Virus record (IMG/VR): IMGVR_UViG_3300035501_000471
DNA length: 64,000 bases
Strand: one strand, 5' to 3'
Source of the DNA: a virus
Taxonomy: Duplodnaviria > Caudoviricetes
Position numbers and translations under genes: made by a program. The notes under the pieces are model-generated. The model was not told the origin of the DNA. It made no database searches and worked only from the letters and a program-made list of their open reading frames with translations. Of this stretch, positions 59,511 through 64,000 are shown piece after piece (the stretch's first letter is position 1; the number at the start of each line of letters is the position of its first letter).

Positions 59511-61391
59511 TTAAGCTTCTGAAGTTCTTAAAATCTCTCTCAATCTGCGTTTCCACATTCTACGACCTTTTTCACCTCTAAAAGCAATACCCATTTGAGT
59601 GGTCATACGCCAAGAAACACCAGTATAATTTGAACCTTCATTACCTTCAAGTAGATAATTTACTTCATTAATAAAATCTTCAATATCTTTTCTTGGAATG
59701 ATACATTGGTCACTTGGTAATTCTTCTTCTGTCATAGATTGTTGTTCACGAAGTTGTTTTTGAATTACGTTCCACATAACTTCATAAGGAGGATTGATTC
59801 TCACAGGTTGGAATCTTTGACGAATAGCTTCCCAGTCACCTTTACCACCAGTCTTTACAACTTCAGTTTCAAGTTCATCCAAACTCATGTTACCAATAAC
59901 GACAACACAACCATTGAATACGAACTCATCTGGAATAAGTGGTTTTGTATTTTTCTTCAATTCATCCCACTCAGCTGATATTAGGTTGTCCATGTCAGCA
60001 CCAGTCATTTCTTCACCTTTTTTACCAGAACCACCATATTCACGTCTTTTCTTTTTGAAGAACTCATTTTTTTCTTCATTTGATTTTTGACCAATCTCAG
60101 CAAAATATCTTTCTTGACGTGTTTTCTTACCAACTTCATAACATTCTGTACTTGAGTCACGAACTTCACGAGGCATCTTAATAGGTTGAGGTCTTGTTTG
60201 TAATAGACGTTTCCAGAAGGCTACACGTTTTGTTCCTGATACAACATTGGCGGCGTCATCGAGAAGAATAAGTTTACCATTAAATTTATACATCATACGA
60301 TACAAAGCATCCACATCAGTTGCACCATTACCAACATCAACATAGTCTTTCTTTTCAACCATTCCATTTTTCTTCAATGTCTGTTCAAGTGCATATGATT
60401 TACCAGCACCGGCTCTACCTGTAATATAAAGTCCTTTGGTTGTGAATACAGATTTATCATCATCATTAAGTTGACCATTTTGTTTTACATAGTGACAGAA
60501 TGTATCAACAATGTCTTTAATCATTTGTGTTGATTCTTCAAAATCTTGGGTTTCTTTTTCCAACCATTTTTTACGTTCTTCAGCACGTTCAGCTTCATAA
60601 CTTTCTATATCATAAGCATCATCAACCGACACTCTAAGAGCCGAACCAGAACCAACTAAACTTGGATCCAATACACCTCTTACTTCTTCATATAAACCAT
60701 TAAGAGCATCTGAAATAATATATGTAACATATTTCATTACAGAGTCTTTACCATCTATTGAATCATAAATGTCTTTACAGATAGGGTTTGACCCAACATT
60801 TTTTAAGATTTCACCAGCGGCCTTAGCGGGAGATAGACTTTCCAATAATTTTACAACAAAATCTTTCATTGTGGGAGACCATCTTTCAACAATGGCAATG
60901 TGTTTGGGACCATAACCAGCCTTAGCCTTAAATGCCTCATTAAGAACACTTTCATTTACATTGACTGATTTCATATCTTCTACAACCTGTTCAATCATAT
61001 CTTTCAAACCAAGTTTTTCAGAAGAATATGTTATCTCAGCTGTATTCTTACCATCAAGTTCAAAATGATTAAATACGGCGATTACTTTCGTATAACTATC
61101 TTTACAAAATACAAAACTCTTTCCTGCTTCGTTATCAGTTTCAAAGAACCAAACACCGGGTTTTCCATTTACATATACAACAGTTCCACATACTGCAAAG
61201 TTATTTACACCACCTTTTTTAAGTGCTCTCATTATGACTCTTGAAGCCTTTAATAAGTATTCATCATCTGAAATAGGTGTATCTAAAAAAGAGGCATCTA
61301 TACCATCTGATGTAACCTCATTGTCCAAACTTTCAAGAATATGATTTAACTTATATTCTTCGACATTAAAATCGGAAAATTTTTTTAGCAT
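59511..61391 (-). CDS. AAA+/P-loop ATPase
   Basis: ITGRAGAGKS, ILLDD, VVIGN, AIRQR; CATAAATA at 61415-61422. Confidence 0.78.
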   Translation of the reverse strand: MLKKFSDFNVEEYKLNHILESLDNEVTSDGIDASFLDTPISDDEYLLKASRVIMRALKKGGVNNFAVCGTVVYVNGKPGVWFFETDNEAGKSFVFCKDSYTKVIAVFNHFELDGKNTAEITYSSEKLGLKDMIEQVVEDMKSVNVNESVLNEAFKAKAGYGPKHIAIVERWSPTMKDFVVKLLESLSPAKAAGEILKNVGSNPICKDIYDSIDGKDSVMKYVTYIISDALNGLYEEVRGVLDPSLVGSGSALRVSVDDAYDIESYEAERAEERKKWLEKETQDFEESTQMIKDIVDTFCHYVKQNGQLNDDDKSVFTTKGLYITGRAGAGKSYALEQTLKKNGMVEKKDYVDVGNGATDVDALYRMMYKFNGKLILLDDAANVVSGTKRVAFWKRLLQTRPQPIKMPREVRDSSTECYEVGKKTRQERYFAEIGQKSNEEKNEFFKKKRREYGGSGKKGEEMTGADMDNLISAEWDELKKNTKPLIPDEFVFNGCVVVIGNMSLDELETEVVKTGGKGDWEAIRQRFQPVRINPPYEVMWNVIQKQLREQQSMTEEELPSDQCIIPRKDIEDFINEVNYLLEGNEGSNYTGVSWRMTTQMGIAFRGEKGRRMWKRRLREILRTSEA

Positions 61392-61425
61392 ATCTATTTA
61401 TTACATATATATTATATTTATGTTT

Positions 61426-62280
61426 TTAGAAGTTCAAGTATAAACTTTCAAACACATTTGTCTTTTCTACATTTTGTGTTGTCACCCTAAAACCTCCATA
61501 AGTTGATTTAATATTCACTTTATTTTCATAACAATCACCGGGTACAATAATCTCATTCTTTTCATTATCATAAGACACAGCATACCTTATTCCTTCTTCA
61601 TTCATTATTCTTAATCTGTCGAAGAAATCAATGTAATCTATCTTACCAAAATATCTACCTGTATTTCTCGTGAGTTCATATGGTGGATCCAAATATAAAA
61701 AATCACCATCTTCAACTTGGTCAAATATCACATTATAATCACATCTTCTAAATTCGATGTTATTACCTTTTACAATACTGTGCCAATTCCATATATCTCT
61801 CTCTAACCTTTTTGGTTTTATTCCATCACGAGTCAAATGAAAAGTGTTGTTAAATTCCCCATAACCATTATATCGAGGAATACCATTAGTCGTTGTCCTC
61901 ATCAAAAAGAAAAACAAATAAGGACTTCTTGTTTGATTAAATTCATCCCTGACTTCCTCAAAATATTTACGTTTGTCTTGTCGGTCAGTAATCTCTTTCA
62001 TCTTACACCACATCTTAGTGTATTCCTTCAACAACCCCTTTGGATCATTCTTTACTGTGTTCCATAAATCTATCAAATCTCCATTTATATCAGAACACAC
62101 TATTTTATTTATGTAGGTGTGATATTCTTTCTGTGAACATAACAACTGATATATCACTGAACATCCACCACAAAAAGGTTCATAATAAGTGTCAATATAG
62201 TCCGGAAAATATTTTATTATCTCCGCACTCTGTATTCTTTTTGAACCTATCCATTTTATCACTGGGTTGAAACCACTCAT
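61426..62280 (-). CDS. Dam-family N6-A methyltransferase (paralog of 48438-49319)
   Basis: KWIGSK, YEPFCGG, YLDPPY; shared MRTTTNGxPRYN...FHLTR block. Confidence 0.92.
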   Translation of the reverse strand: MSGFNPVIKWIGSKRIQSAEIIKYFPDYIDTYYEPFCGGCSVIYQLLCSQKEYHTYINKIVCSDINGDLIDLWNTVKNDPKGLLKEYTKMWCKMKEITDRQDKRKYFEEVRDEFNQTRSPYLFFFLMRTTTNGIPRYNGYGEFNNTFHLTRDGIKPKRLERDIWNWHSIVKGNNIEFRRCDYNVIFDQVEDGDFLYLDPPYELTRNTGRYFGKIDYIDFFDRLRIMNEEGIRYAVSYDNEKNEIIVPGDCYENKVNIKSTYGGFRVTTQNVEKTNVFESLYLNF

Positions 62281-62319
62281 AAATACTGTATTATTAACTA
62301 TTTATTTTTTTTTCAAATT

Positions 62320-62646
62320 ATGCGACAATCATCTTATATATATTTATTGTCAGTTGGTGATGGAGTTTACAAAATAGGAGTTTCTAAAAATGTAGAGAAA
62401 CGAGTGAAACAACTACAAACCGGAAACCCAGAAACCATTGAAATTGTTGATACGTTTTTATCAGACTATCCTTACAAAATTGAAAATGTCCTCCATAGAA
62501 GATATAAACATAGAAATATCAGAGGCGAATGTTTTTCGTTATCATTAGATGAAGTCAAAAATTTCAAGGAAGATTGTATTGTCTGTGAAACCAACTTCAA
62601 ATTGTTAGATGACTATAACAATGACATATTTTACAACATATATTAA
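62320..62646 (+). CDS. GIY-YIG (T5orf172-like) domain protein
   Basis: YIYLL...YKIGVSKNVEKRVKQLQTGNP...E..LH...GECF. Confidence 0.82.
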   Translation: MRQSSYIYLLSVGDGVYKIGVSKNVEKRVKQLQTGNPETIEIVDTFLSDYPYKIENVLHRRYKHRNIRGECFSLSLDEVKNFKEDCIVCETNFKLLDDYNNDIFYNIY

Positions 62647-62745
62647 AAAAAGAGAGAGGACTTAAATCCTCTCTTTTCCATTTTATTCCCAAATTCTACG
62701 GATTTTCTACAAAAAACCCCCTTTAATTTCCATTTTTAGGATTTT

Positions 62746-63951
62746 TTACTTGAAATGACTTAGGGTGTCAATTTCATCAGTCTTTTCAATCAACTTCATC
62801 TTATTGTAGTTAATATTCACCCTAAATTTCTTATTCTTGTTCTGACCTTCACGAATTTTCAATATCTTAAACCAGTAATATGGAACAGCCACATTTGTTT
62901 CTTCATCTATCTCCCCAATCTGCATATCCTCAGTCTGAATAATACCAATGATTGAGTCACAAGTGTGTGCTAAACCCATACTTTCAGAAATATCCTCAAT
63001 GTTAATATCACTACCATTAAGTGCATTACGACCAATCTGAGAAGCAGTGTCAACTATAAAACCATATTTAACCGCAAGACCACGCAAATCCTCAGCCAAT
63101 GCTTTGATTTTTAGATATGTGTTTTCACTGTTAGGATTTCGATAGTTACACATAATATTAATGTAGTCAACCACCAAAATGTCAATCTTAAAATTATATA
63201 CCTCCTGAACCTCTTTAATGTAAGATTCAAGGTCAAGAACAGTACATTGACCAGTCGGATACTCCTTTATAAACAATCTTCCCAAAGGAAACATAGAACG
63301 ACTAACTAAATCATTCAACTTCTTTTTAATCTTAGTTTGTGACTTAACCAATTCATCATATTGTTCCAAAGTTATGTCAAATAAATTAGCAGATATACGT
63401 CGTGTTACTTTTTCCTCTGACATCTCACAAGTAATAAACACAACATTTTTCCCCTTTCGGATGAAGTCCGCGGCATCATTACACAAAATGATAGAATTAT
63501 GACTTAGAATTCCGTTTGTATAATATCTATGATTTTCATCATTGACTTGAATATCATACATATTTTCTTCATATCCAAGATTCTTTACACTTTTTACAGT
63601 TTCACATACAAGTTGTCCACTGTCACCTTGAACCCAGATTTTATCCGGTCGTGTATCTTTATTTAAGTCTTTAACAAACACTTCACTAAACACATCATCA
63701 AATACAATATGATTATCTGCACACTGAAGTTTTTTACCAGAGACTGTTTCAATTTCCCACACTTCATATGGAACAGTTTTACCAACACATGAAATATCTG
63801 ACCAACCTTTATCAGTTTCTATCTCCCAGTCATCATAATCAAAATGTGTCTCTACAAATTTACGATTTACATCATTGTGTAAATTATGCAAACAATCTCT
63901 ATCATCAAGTAATGCAGATGTAGTTTCTATATTATTAAATTCTATCAACAT
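62746..63951 (-). CDS. Replicative helicase (T4 gp41/DnaB-like) C-terminal part preceded by a C-intein fragment
   Basis: After HN|S: FITCEMS, IKEYPTG, VVDYINIM, AEDLRGLA, TASQIGR, ISES. In-frame TAA directly before the ATG. Confidence 0.88.
   Translation of the reverse strand: MLIEFNNIETTSALLDDRDCLHNLHNDVNRKFVETHFDYDDWEIETDKGWSDISCVGKTVPYEVWEIETVSGKKLQCADNHIVFDDVFSEVFVKDLNKDTRPDKIWVQGDSGQLVCETVKSVKNLGYEENMYDIQVNDENHRYYTNGILSHNSIILCNDAADFIRKGKNVVFITCEMSEEKVTRRISANLFDITLEQYDELVKSQTKIKKKLNDLVSRSMFPLGRLFIKEYPTGQCTVLDLESYIKEVQEVYNFKIDILVVDYINIMCNYRNPNSENTYLKIKALAEDLRGLAVKYGFIVDTASQIGRNALNGSDINIEDISESMGLAHTCDSIIGIIQTEDMQIGEIDEETNVAVPYYWFKILKIREGQNKNKKFRVNINYNKMKLIEKTDEIDTLSHFK
63496..63951 (-). 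mobile_element. C-terminal fragment (152 aa) of a putative atypically split intein
   Basis: WEIETDKGW, block B CADNHIVF, block F MYDIQV, block G YYTNGILSHN|S; no N-extein or block A in this ORF. Confidence 0.8.
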
Positions 63952-64000
63952 TTAATAAAAATTTTATACACGTATTAATAATTTGTTCTTTATTATTTTT
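63935..64000 (-). CDS. 3' end of an upstream ORF overlapping the intein-helicase start (possibly an endonuclease)
   Basis: ...KNNKEQIINTCIKFLLNVDRI*, similar in style to the C-terminal helices of the endonucleases in this window. Confidence 0.45.
   Translation of the reverse strand, partial: KNNKEQIINTCIKFLLNVDRI

Noticed and set aside
1-64000. tRNA, rRNA or structured ncRNA genes
   Set aside because: Intergenic gaps are short and explained by terminators and promoter-like motifs; none recognised by eye, and no covariance search was run.

Overview
A 64-kb segment of a very AT-rich, T4-like jumbo myophage, probably of a Bacteroidota host (Lak-megaphage-like gene content), read in the standard code with TAG used as a stop. 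It holds the head and tail core (major capsid, protease-scaffold, portal, sheath, tube), a type II topoisomerase pair, ThyX, PhoH, a DEDDh exonuclease, the C-terminal half of a gp41/DnaB helicase, fibre-like repeat proteins and a >1465-aa ORF running off the left edge. Five related Zn-ribbon/PD-(D/E)xK endonuclease-like genes sit between the structural genes. About nine DNA methyltransferases are present. Main observations: (1) nine MTase polypeptides of unrelated classes end in the same polar-linker-Leu-Trp/Phe tail, a candidate sliding-clamp docking tag; (2) the C5-MTase is split into one large and two alternative small subunits, with an intein at the catalytic Cys; (3) a late AAA/MoxR-metallopeptidase-VWA module and other enzymes carry motifs resembling the T4 capsid-targeting sequence; (4) a circularly permuted copy of the peptidase/VWA gene junction forms a new mini-gene; (5) the helicase carries what looks like an atypically split intein; (6) two promoter-like motifs recur (CATAAATA and TTTTGTTATNTTTA), the second exactly 4 nt before the ATG in six cases, suggesting leaderless mRNAs. 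All family assignments come from motif recognition by eye; no database search was run.
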